From assembly GCA_015488615.1 (NCBI GenBank), contig WFNM01000021.1, forward strand, positions 58 to 64,057: 64,000 nt of DNA, in the 5' to 3' direction. The stretch is from Sulfurimonas sp. (GTDB lineage Bacteria; Campylobacterota; Campylobacteria; Campylobacterales; Sulfurimonadaceae). Below are positions 16,619 through 25,455 of this stretch, in pieces (the stretch's first letter is position 1; each line of letters starts with the position of its first letter). The notes under the pieces are model-generated. The model was not told the DNA's origin. It searched no databases and was given only the letters and a program-made list of their open reading frames with translations. The position numbers were made by a program, and so were the translations under genes.

Positions 16619-19600
16619 ATCAAAACACAAAGTAAGACTAAACGCCAGTATAATAGTTATGTAGCAAATGAGACAATAGAAGACTATTCTCTACGTTACA
16701 CACCAAAATCATTTCGTAAATTTTCAGAAATAGTTATTGCAAATACTGCTATGGGAAGTATCTCTTTTTTAGCCTTAGAAGCCATCGGTGCTTCGATTGC
16801 CATTAGTTATGGCTTTACTACTGCATTTTGGGCTATCCTTACTTCTGCTGTCATCATTTTTTTAACAGCTATTCCTATTAGTTATCATGCTGCAAAGTAC
16901 AATATTGATATAGATTTGATTACACGTAGTGCTGGTTTTGGTTATGTTGGTTCTACTATTACTTCGCTTATCTATGCCTCTTTTAGCTTTATTTTCTTTG
17001 CACTTGAAGCGGCTATTTTGGCACAAGCACTTGAACTTTACTTTGGTTTATCTCTCTCGTGGGGTTATCTTTTAAGTGCTTTAGTTATCATTCCTCTTAC
17101 TTTTTATGGTATCACATTTATCAATAAGTTACAACTCTATACACAGCCTATTTGGTTGATACTTCTGTTTCTTCCCTTTGTCGCAGTATTGATGAAAGAA
17201 CATCAGGCTATGGAAAATTTTCTAAACTTTAGTGGCAGTATCTCAGGCGATGCAGAGTTTAGTATCTATTACTTTGGTTTTGCATTAGGTATTTCGCTCT
17301 CACTTATAGCACAGATTGGGGAACAGGTGGATTATCTGCGTTTTATGCCACCACTAGAGAAGAAAAATAGAGTTAAATGGTGGTTTGCAGTCATATCTGC
17401 TGGTCCAGGTTGGGTACTCCTTGGTTTTTTAAAACAGATGGGTGGGATATTTCTAGCCTCTATAGTTCTTCTGAGTGGACTGAGTTTAGCTGATGCTAAG
17501 ACTCCTATTGAGATGTATCACATAGCTTATACTTATGTTTTTGACAACCCTAATACAGCAATATTAGTTGCAACATTCTTTGTTATTCTCTCTCAAATAA
17601 AGATAAATATTACAAATGCTTATGCAGGTTCTTTAGCTTGGTCAAATTTTTTCTCTCGTGTTTCTCACTCTCATCCTGGTCGTGTGGTCTGGTTAGTCTT
17701 TAACATTGCTATTGCTCTACTCCTTATGGAGTTTGGTCTCTTTGATGCCTTAAGTAAAGTACTTGGTCTCTACTCAAATGTAGCTATCGCTTGGATAGGG
17801 GCAATTACTGCTGACTTAGTGATAAATAAACCCTTAGGTTTGAGTCCAAAAATAATAGAATTTAAACGTGCATATCTTTACAATATTAATCCTGTTGGTG
17901 TGGGAAGCATGGGAATTGCTTCTGTAGTTGCTATCTTAGCATTTATGGGTTTCTTTGGCTCAATGATGCAGAGTTATTCTTCCCTAATTGCACTAGTTTT
18001 AGCCTTTACCTTAGCACCATTTATAGCTTGGCTAACAAAAGGAAAGTACTACATAGCTAGAGAAAATAAGCTAGTTTTAGAGACAAAGGTATCTTATATT
18101 TGTGAGATGTGTGCTACTGAATATGAAAAAGAAGATATGGTTTACTGCCCTTTACAAAGTGCTAATATATGTTCTTTATGTTGTTCCTTAGACTCTCTTT
18201 GTCATGACTCTTGTAAAAATGATACAAAATCTACACTCTTGGAAAAAAGTTGTAAGCTTGTCTCAGCACTCTTTTTTCATGTTATTTCTCCTGTAAGTGC
18301 TAAAAGAATTTTAATTTTTATATCTTTAAGCTCTTTTATACTCTTTTTAATCTCTATAAGTGCATGGATGATCTATGATGCTAATGTAGAATATATTTCA
18401 AAAAGTTTCGCACATGTCCTTGAGGATGCATTAACAACACTTGTTTTAAGTGTGGCAATTCTTATTTCTGTTTTAGTTTGGTGGGTATTACTCCTTCAAG
18501 AAAATAGAAAATTGGCAGAGCAGGAGTTAGAGGAAAACAATAGAATTCTTGGTGAGTCAAAAGCAGAACTAGAAGATCAAAAAGAGCTTTATAGTTTGGT
18601 TTATGAAAGTACAGAGAGTGGAGTAATGCTTTTAGATATAGAAGAAAACAAATTTATAGCAATGAATGAAGCTGTGGTGAAAATACTTCAGTATAACTCT
18701 AAAGAGGAACTGTTTAATATGTCTCCTTCTGAACTCTCTCCTGAGTTTCAGGCAAATGGAGAGACAAGTTTTGAAAAATCTTATGAGATGAATATGTTAG
18801 CCGTAGAACAGGGTTCACACAACTTTGAGTGGATTAACCTTACAAAAACTGGTGAAAAAGTTTATGTAGATGTAACACTCACACCGATAATACTCAAAGA
18901 AAAACAAGTTCTTCATGTTGTTTCAAAAAATATTACACAGAGGGTTCTACATCAAGAAGAGTTGTTAAAGAAGAAAGATGAGTTGGACTATCAAGCACAC
19001 CATGATATACTTACTAATCTCCCAAATAGGCTACTTTTTAATGAGAGTCTTAAACATGCTATCGATCATGCAAAACGAGATGAAGCAAAGTTAGCAATCT
19101 TTTTTATAGATTTAGATAAATTTAAAAACATTAATGATTCTCTTGGTCATCAAGTAGGCGATAAGGTACTTATAGAAGTTGCAATAAGACTTCAAAAAAG
19201 TATACGAGAAGAAGATACTCTTGCACGAATTGGTGGGGATGAGTTTACCATTTTTATGCAGAGCCTTCACAAGTCCGAAGATGCCTCGCATTTAGCAACA
19301 AAAATAATTAATATCTTTAAAGAACCTATGCAGATAGAGGGGCATGAACTTCATGTCTCTACGAGTATAGGTATCAGCCTTTTTCCAGATGATGCTGTGG
19401 AAATGCATAAACTTCTTATGTATGCTGACTCTGCTATGTATAAGGCAAAAGAGAGTGGTCGTAATAGTTTTGAGTTTTATTCATCACAGATGACAGAGAT
19501 AGCAAAAGAGCGAATAGCCATAGAATCAAAACTTCATAGAGCTATAGAAAATGAAGAGTTTGTAGTTTATTATCAACCTCAGATAGATGCAAGTGAAAAT

Positions 19601-20302
19601 AAAATGATAGGTATGGAAGCCCTTGTTAGATGGCAAGATCCACAAGAGGGACTTATCTCACCTTGTAGATTCATTCCAATAGCAGAAGAGAATGGCTTAA
19701 TTATCCCTATAGATTTATGGGTTATGAAAACTGCAATGACACAGTTAGTAACTTGGTACAAAGAAGGTCTTAATCCCGGTGTATTAGCACTTAATCTCTC
19801 ACTTAAACAGCTCCATCAAAAAGATTTTATATTTAGACTAAAGTCACTTTTAGAGGGGACAGGATGTAAGCCTGAATGGCTGGAGTTAGAGGTGACAGAA
19901 AGTAGTATTATGCTGCATCCTGAGGAAAGTATTACTCTTCTACAAGAGATAAGTGAAATGGGTATTGAGCTTGCTGTTGATGATTTTGGAACTGGATACT
20001 CTTCACTCTCTTACCTGAAATGTCTACCACTAGATAAACTCAAGATTGATAAATCTTTTATAGATGATTTGCCAGATAAGGAAGAAGATATAGGTATATC
20101 AAAAGCTATTATTGCTCTTGCAAAAAGTCTTAAACTACATGTCATTGCTGAAGGTGTAGAAACGCAGGAACAGTTAGACTTTTTGCTTGAAAATGGTTGT
20201 AAAAATATTCAAGGGTATCTCTTCTCTGCACCCATTGATAGCACTGCTATGAAAGAGTATTTAGAAGATAAGATAGATATTTTACCAGACAATGCAAGCT
20301 GA
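16619..20302 (+). CDS. NCS1/CodB-permease-like sensor, Cys-rich motif, PAS, GGDEF and EAL domains (c-di-GMP signalling protein)
   Basis: About 12-TM permease-like N-terminus, 8-Cys motif, PAS, REED I-site plus IGGDEF, MEALVRW, DDFGTGYSS. The frame is open from 16592; first ATG is 16751, and the start at ATC 16619 is inferred. Confidence 0.8.
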   Translation: MKTQSKTKRQYNSYVANETIEDYSLRYTPKSFRKFSEIVIANTAMGSISFLALEAIGASIAISYGFTTAFWAILTSAVIIFLTAIPISYHAAKYNIDIDLITRSAGFGYVGSTITSLIYASFSFIFFALEAAILAQALELYFGLSLSWGYLLSALVIIPLTFYGITFINKLQLYTQPIWLILLFLPFVAVLMKEHQAMENFLNFSGSISGDAEFSIYYFGFALGISLSLIAQIGEQVDYLRFMPPLEKKNRVKWWFAVISAGPGWVLLGFLKQMGGIFLASIVLLSGLSLADAKTPIEMYHIAYTYVFDNPNTAILVATFFVILSQIKINITNAYAGSLAWSNFFSRVSHSHPGRVVWLVFNIAIALLLMEFGLFDALSKVLGLYSNVAIAWIGAITADLVINKPLGLSPKIIEFKRAYLYNINPVGVGSMGIASVVAILAFMGFFGSMMQSYSSLIALVLAFTLAPFIAWLTKGKYYIARENKLVLETKVSYICEMCATEYEKEDMVYCPLQSANICSLCCSLDSLCHDSCKNDTKSTLLEKSCKLVSALFFHVISPVSAKRILIFISLSSFILFLISISAWMIYDANVEYISKSFAHVLEDALTTLVLSVAILISVLVWWVLLLQENRKLAEQELEENNRILGESKAELEDQKELYSLVYESTESGVMLLDIEENKFIAMNEAVVKILQYNSKEELFNMSPSELSPEFQANGETSFEKSYEMNMLAVEQGSHNFEWINLTKTGEKVYVDVTLTPIILKEKQVLHVVSKNITQRVLHQEELLKKKDELDYQAHHDILTNLPNRLLFNESLKHAIDHAKRDEAKLAIFFIDLDKFKNINDSLGHQVGDKVLIEVAIRLQKSIREEDTLARIGGDEFTIFMQSLHKSEDASHLATKIINIFKEPMQIEGHELHVSTSIGISLFPDDAVEMHKLLMYADSAMYKAKESGRNSFEFYSSQMTEIAKERIAIESKLHRAIENEEFVVYYQPQIDASENKMIGMEALVRWQDPQEGLISPCRFIPIAEENGLIIPIDLWVMKTAMTQLVTWYKEGLNPGVLALNLSLKQLHQKDFIFRLKSLLEGTGCKPEWLELEVTESSIMLHPEESITLLQEISEMGIELAVDDFGTGYSSLSYLKCLPLDKLKIDKSFIDDLPDKEEDIGISKAIIALAKSLKLHVIAEGVETQEQLDFLLENGCKNIQGYLFSAPIDSTAMKEYLEDKIDILPDNAS

Positions 20303-20318
20303 TACTACTATAGTATTT

Positions 20319-20906
20319 TTAATGTAGATTTAAAAGAAGTGCTTTTTCTTCTTCTACAGAGAGGAAATTCCACTTGCCACTCTCTATATTTAAAGAAAAA
20401 CTACCTATATTAACCCTCTTGAGCTCTAAGACTTTGAGTGATGTCCTAAACTTTTTATCTTTAAGCACTCCAAAGAGTCTGCGAATATGTCGGTTTTTCC
20501 CTTCGTTTATCTGCACTCTAAGTTTTGTTTTTGCTCCACCTATACCTATCTTCTCAATTACTAAAGCTTTAAGAATATCCTCCTTATGTTTGACACCTTT
20601 TATAGCCTGAGCGATATGTTCTTCGCTCACATGCCCTCGCACCCAAATCTCATAAACCTTGATACACCCACCAGGTTGCGTAAGTTTATGTCCAACTTTT
20701 CCCTCTTGAGTAAAAAGTAAAAGCCCTTTAGAGTCTAAATCAAGACGACCTATAGGCATCCAACCATCATCATATGCCCACTGAGGGAGAAGATCATAGA
20801 CAGTCTTTCGACCTAAGTCATCAGAACGAGTGACTAGATAGCCTTTTGGTTTGTTGAGTGCAAAAAGTAGTTTTGAGTTGTTTGGTGTAGTCTCCATGAG
20901 ATGCAC
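20319..20906 (-). CDS. rRNA pseudouridine synthase (RsuA/RluE family)
   Basis: LNKPKGY, IGRLDLDSKGLLL, INEGKNRHIRR, LKRVNIG. Confidence 0.88.
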   Translation of the reverse strand: MHLMETTPNNSKLLFALNKPKGYLVTRSDDLGRKTVYDLLPQWAYDDGWMPIGRLDLDSKGLLLFTQEGKVGHKLTQPGGCIKVYEIWVRGHVSEEHIAQAIKGVKHKEDILKALVIEKIGIGGAKTKLRVQINEGKNRHIRRLFGVLKDKKFRTSLKVLELKRVNIGSFSLNIESGKWNFLSVEEEKALLLNLH

Positions 20907-20944
20907 TCCTTTATTTGTGTAATTTTAGCTAAATATTTTGTGTT

Positions 20945-22438
20945 TTACAAAACTTCTTCAACACTATTAAAAGAGTCTTTACTCTTATGAAATAGCCACT
21001 GCTTTGTACTTAAATTTTCCAAAAAAGTCTTATCATGAGTTATAAATAGAAGCGCACCTCCGTACTCTTTTAATGCAGATTCAAGCATTTCGATAGACTC
21101 TAAATCCATATGGTTTGTAGGTTCATCCAAGATGATGAGAGAGGGCTGTTTGAGCAGACCTTGAGCTATGAGGAGTTTTCGTGTTTCCCCTGGACTTGGA
21201 GTAGTACTGCTCAGTAGTGCTTTCGCATCAGAACCTAGTCGCTGAATAAGTGTAAAAAGCTCACCTTTCATCTGGGCATCTAGTTCACTCACTTCTTGAA
21301 ATAACTCTTCTGCTTCTCTGTTGGTAATCTCTTGTGCTATATAAAGAAAATAATGCTCAAATGCTATTTTTTCTTTAAAGTACTCGATAAAGCTACTTTT
21401 CCCAGCACCATTTTCACCACTGATACCGACCTTTTCTCCAACATCTACAGAGAGTCTAGGAAAGTGAAGTTCTTTTGATTCATAAAGCTCAATGCTAGAC
21501 TTTTCAAGGGATATAGGGAAGTTATGTTTGTCTATTTGTCCCTCAAACTTTATACCTGTTGCATATTCTTTGGCAAGTCTGCCCATGTTCTCACTAAGTT
21601 GACGTTGTTTGGTGAGGGTTCGCTGAAGCATTTGCCCATCATTTTTATCTTTACCCGTTAAGATGGCTCCGTTTATTTTTTCTTTGAGTGAGCTATCTTG
21701 TTTTCCTACACCTTTTTTAGAAAAGCGCTTTTTGGCAAGGGAGACTTTCTCTTTTTGGACTTGTACCACTCTTCTTATCTTTTTGAGTTCATCTTCTTGA
21801 TCAGTGAGGATTTTTTTCTTGTGAGAGAGTGTCATGTTGTAAGCTTCTTGAGCTATAGAGAACTTTGATCTGTATTTGTGCACTTCACCTGATTTTAGCA
21901 TTATTGTATGTTCTGAGAGTGCATCAAGTAAGCTTCTGTCGTGGCTAACTAAGATACCGACACCCTTATAACTCTGCAGTGCTTGGAGGACTATGCTTTG
22001 TGAGTACTCATCAAGGTGATTTGTTGGCTCATCTACCATAAGTACATCACTATTACTAGAGAGTGCAACGGCTAACTGTAGGCGTTTACGCTCCCCATGA
22101 CTTAGCACATCCCAAACACCTAACCACTCATCTTTGACATGTAAAAGGTCACGGAGTTTATAAGCCTCTTTTGTGTAAGTCATCATAAATTCATCAAGCT
22201 CTTTAGGTGGAAACTCCGTGTTTTGTGTGCAGTAAACAACTAGGCTGTTTCCAAGTATCATCCCTTTTTCAGATTTGAGCTCTTTAGAGATAAGCTTTAA
22301 AAGGGTACTTTTTCCAGAACCATTTATCCCCGTAATACAACTCCATCCCTTGTCAAAGTCTAGGTTAATGGCATTAAAAATAGGCTCAACAGCACTTGGG
22401 TATTTGTATGAAAGATTTCTCATTTTAAGGCTATTCAT
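20945..22438 (-). CDS. ABC-F family ATPase (two ABC domains, no TM)
   Basis: GINGSGKST/LSHGE/VDEPTNHLD/VSHDR, coiled linker, GENGAGKS/PSPGE/LDEPTNHMD/ITHD. Confidence 0.88.
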   Translation of the reverse strand: MNSLKMRNLSYKYPSAVEPIFNAINLDFDKGWSCITGINGSGKSTLLKLISKELKSEKGMILGNSLVVYCTQNTEFPPKELDEFMMTYTKEAYKLRDLLHVKDEWLGVWDVLSHGERKRLQLAVALSSNSDVLMVDEPTNHLDEYSQSIVLQALQSYKGVGILVSHDRSLLDALSEHTIMLKSGEVHKYRSKFSIAQEAYNMTLSHKKKILTDQEDELKKIRRVVQVQKEKVSLAKKRFSKKGVGKQDSSLKEKINGAILTGKDKNDGQMLQRTLTKQRQLSENMGRLAKEYATGIKFEGQIDKHNFPISLEKSSIELYESKELHFPRLSVDVGEKVGISGENGAGKSSFIEYFKEKIAFEHYFLYIAQEITNREAEELFQEVSELDAQMKGELFTLIQRLGSDAKALLSSTTPSPGETRKLLIAQGLLKQPSLIILDEPTNHMDLESIEMLESALKEYGGALLFITHDKTFLENLSTKQWLFHKSKDSFNSVEEVL

Positions 22439-22466
22439 CTATTTATTATTTCCTTTTAGGAGTGTG

Positions 22467-23180
22467 TTAAACATTAGTTTTACTTTTAAGCAAAGAGAGA
22501 TAAATAGCTACGGAAATTCCAGAAGAGCCTAAAATCATCAGCATAACCATCATTTGATATCGTACTGCAATAAGAGGATCTATACCTGAGAGGATTTGTC
22601 CTGTCATCATTCCTGGTAAGGAGACTAACCCTACTGCAAAGAGTGCATTGATAGTAGGGATAAATGCTGCTTTATAGGAGATAGCTCTAGCCTCTATATA
22701 ATTACTATTTTTTTCTACAGTTTCACTTTCAAATCTCTCTGCAGCAATACTTATAGAGTTCATAGAATTTGCAAAAATCATTCCTGAGAGAGGAATAAGA
22801 AATTTTGGTTCATACCATGGAGTGAGATGCAGTACTCCAAACACTACCATGAGAAGTGTAAATATACTACCAATTGATATTGAAATAAAAGCATATAAAT
22901 ATAATAGTCTATTCTTTTTTTGAAGAGGTCTTAGCGCAATGACACTTCCAGCGATAAGCATTACACTCAAAATTAATATTATCAGGTAAGGAGAGTCAGA
23001 ATTAAAAATATAAGTGAGAACATACCCTATTAAAATAAGCTGTGTAAGCATTCGTAGTAAAGCATATGGTAGAGTAAGGGTATCTTTAGTCCAAAGAAAA
23101 TAGATAATCATCATAATAACTACAGGTATAAATACCCATAGAAGGTCTATCATGGCAATGTGGTATATTGAGTTTTTCAT
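22467..23180 (-). CDS. FetB/YbbM (UPF0014) ABC-type permease
   Basis: RMLTQLILIGYVL, LIPLSGMIFANSMN, VGLVSLPGMMTGQILSGIDP..AVRYQ. Confidence 0.85.
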   Translation of the reverse strand: MKNSIYHIAMIDLLWVFIPVVIMMIIYFLWTKDTLTLPYALLRMLTQLILIGYVLTYIFNSDSPYLIILILSVMLIAGSVIALRPLQKKNRLLYLYAFISISIGSIFTLLMVVFGVLHLTPWYEPKFLIPLSGMIFANSMNSISIAAERFESETVEKNSNYIEARAISYKAAFIPTINALFAVGLVSLPGMMTGQILSGIDPLIAVRYQMMVMLMILGSSGISVAIYLSLLKSKTNV

Positions 23181-23442
23181 ATGGAAGTTTACTCTTTATT
23201 TGACAAATAAAAAATTCTTTATTAAATATTGCATAATAATATCATCAATTAAGTCAATGGAAGTAAGTTATTTTAGCAATGTTATACTACAATAACTTAA
23301 AAGTACTATAAAGAGGGAGGAGTAAAATAGAGATGGACATAATAAAAAAGCTAACTAAAAACTACATAGATTTTTACAGTGACACCTTAGCACCTTGTCG
23401 AAGATTTCTAGGCTTATCCTCTAAGTTATTTGGATAATTATT

Positions 23443-23697
23443 ATGATACATAAACTCAAGAACTTCTCTAAAAAGATGGGACATGGTCTCAAGCAGGAGT
23501 ATGAAGAGACGAAAGATATCCCCAAACATATAAAAAACAAGGATTATAAAAAAGCAGCAGAGCAGGTCGGCGATATCGGTAAGATGACCTTTCTCTCCAC
23601 CTTATGGGTTTTGCCTGGTGGAGGAATACTTAGCGGATTATTGCTAAAATATTTTAAAAAGATACGTCCAAGTGCTTTTAGAGAAGATGAAAAGTAG
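23443..23697 (+). CDS. Hypothetical small protein
   Basis: 84 aa with a hydrophobic LWVLPGGGIL segment and C-terminal RPSAF. Confidence 0.55.
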   Translation: MIHKLKNFSKKMGHGLKQEYEETKDIPKHIKNKDYKKAAEQVGDIGKMTFLSTLWVLPGGGILSGLLLKYFKKIRPSAFREDEK

Positions 23698-23731
23698 AGG
23701 ATTACAGTTCATGATAAGATCTCTAGAAGAT

Positions 23732-24175
23732 CTAATTTATTCTATAAACTTGATCTACTCTATTGCCATTTTTAATTATTTGCACTCTATCACCAACAAG
23801 AAAATTTTTGCCTTTGACAACAACGACAACATTTTTTCCATTATCAAGTCGTACAGAAAGCTCAGAAGCATTTGCTTTACCAGCTTGATCTCCAGCATAT
23901 GCCCCACCAAGACCTCCTGCTAAAGTTGCAAGTGCTTTACCGTTTCCTCCTCCTACCATAGAACCAAGTACAGTACCTACAATTGCACCTAAAAATGTTC
24001 CTGTACCATTATCACTAATAACAACTGGGCGTACACTTATAACACTACCTATTTCATAAGTCTTTATATCCTGATAAGTATTGCCATTATATTCAGGTAC
24101 ATTTCTTGTTGCACAAGCACTTAAAATTAGCGCTACCGCTACTGATGAAGCTAGAAGAACATTTTTCATAATCAT
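23732..24175 (-). CDS. Glycine-zipper 2TM outer membrane lipoprotein (SlyB/Pcp-like)
   Basis: Lipobox LSAC; GAIVGTVLGSMVGGGNG...AGGLGGAYAG. Confidence 0.85.
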   Translation of the reverse strand: MIMKNVLLASSVAVALILSACATRNVPEYNGNTYQDIKTYEIGSVISVRPVVISDNGTGTFLGAIVGTVLGSMVGGGNGKALATLAGGLGGAYAGDQAGKANASELSVRLDNGKNVVVVVKGKNFLVGDRVQIIKNGNRVDQVYRIN

Positions 24176-24329
24176 AACTATTCCTTTTCTTTTTATTATA
24201 TTATTATATTCAAAAAATATTAAAATTAGCTACATTTTAATAACTTGTCCAAAAAATGCTACAAATAAAAGGAGAGTTATCTCCATATAAGATTTTTCCA
24301 TTAAGCAAAAGTAATATTTTCATGATATA

Positions 24330-25229
24330 TTATCTTGAAAGACTAAAACCTATTGAAAAGCTATTTACATAATGGTTATAATCAATCAATGTTTCACCGT
24401 AACCATTAAAAGCTTGAACATATAAAAATAAGCCATTTGTATGTACAAGTGGATAACTGTAACTAAAATCTACAGCTCCGTGGTTACTAAAGTTTGATCT
24501 TAATAAAAGTTTAAAGACATGCTTTTTATGCGGTAGCATTAGTTGTAAGCTACCGTGTCCTAAATAATCAAGTAAATCAGGATTATAATCTCTTGGACCA
24601 TAAATTCTCGTCCATCCTTTTAATTTAATAAAGATATTTTTATATTGTACATATATTGAACCTGCCATATATTGCCATGATCTCTCATATTTTCCTCCTC
24701 TACCATTAGACTGATGCTCCAGTGAAAATCTAAAAGCTTTTACATATTTATTATAATATTTCCAGGGATTAGGGATGGTACAAAATATTTCAGGATTATA
24801 ATTTGATTCTCTAAAGTATGCTGATTTTGCATAAGCTTGCCAAAAGGAGAGTTGTGTATAAGCAACACTATATATACCATTTAAGCCAAAAACATTTGTT
24901 GCAAAATCATAGCGCAGACTAAATTGAAGCTGGACAGATACTTTTTTTGGATTTTGTTTTGCAGTATCGCTAGTATTACTATAGTCTCTACCGATACCAT
25001 AACTAATAGGAAGCAGATAATTAGCCCTAAAAGGATGTAAATTATATGTAGAATAATACATCTGCTTAATACTTTGTTGTGTTTGTTTATTGTCTACTGG
25101 AGATAAATTATTATATAAATTTTTATTTGCTTCTTGTATTTTTAAATCTATCTCATCATTACGAAAATTTGGGTTTGATTCTCCAAAACCTATAACTGCA
25201 AATAAAATTAAAAACAAAAAAAACTTCAT
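24330..25229 (-). CDS. pldA: Outer membrane phospholipase A (OMPLA)
   Basis: AYTQLSFWQ, FRESNYNPE, catalytic HQSNG...RSW, GYGETLIDYN. Confidence 0.9.
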   Translation of the reverse strand: MKFFLFLILFAVIGFGESNPNFRNDEIDLKIQEANKNLYNNLSPVDNKQTQQSIKQMYYSTYNLHPFRANYLLPISYGIGRDYSNTSDTAKQNPKKVSVQLQFSLRYDFATNVFGLNGIYSVAYTQLSFWQAYAKSAYFRESNYNPEIFCTIPNPWKYYNKYVKAFRFSLEHQSNGRGGKYERSWQYMAGSIYVQYKNIFIKLKGWTRIYGPRDYNPDLLDYLGHGSLQLMLPHKKHVFKLLLRSNFSNHGAVDFSYSYPLVHTNGLFLYVQAFNGYGETLIDYNHYVNSFSIGFSLSR

Positions 25230-25455
25230 AATTGTAACAACCTTTCAAATAAACAGAATTTTCTTTTTTTTCAATAACAGATATCATTTAAGTACAAAAA
25301 AACAACATTATAAAATCATATCAAAAATATCTTTAAGTTTATATCGTTTTTCAGCCAAATACTTGCTCCTGCTTAAATTATAAACTACTAAGAACTAATA
25401 TAATATTCTATTTATGCTATTATTTTAATAATAATAATAATTAAAAGAGATACTC

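Noticed and set aside
20945-22438. Antibiotic-resistance ABC-F (Vga/Msr/Optr-like)
   Set aside because: The subfamily cannot be assigned by eye, and there is no leader peptide or mobile context.
23244-23257. A fifth FNR box (ATCAA-ttaa-GTCAA)
   Set aside because: The half-sites are in direct rather than inverted orientation.
24290-25455. AT-rich pldA region as a mobile element
   Set aside because: No integrase, transposase or terminal repeats were seen; composition alone is insufficient.
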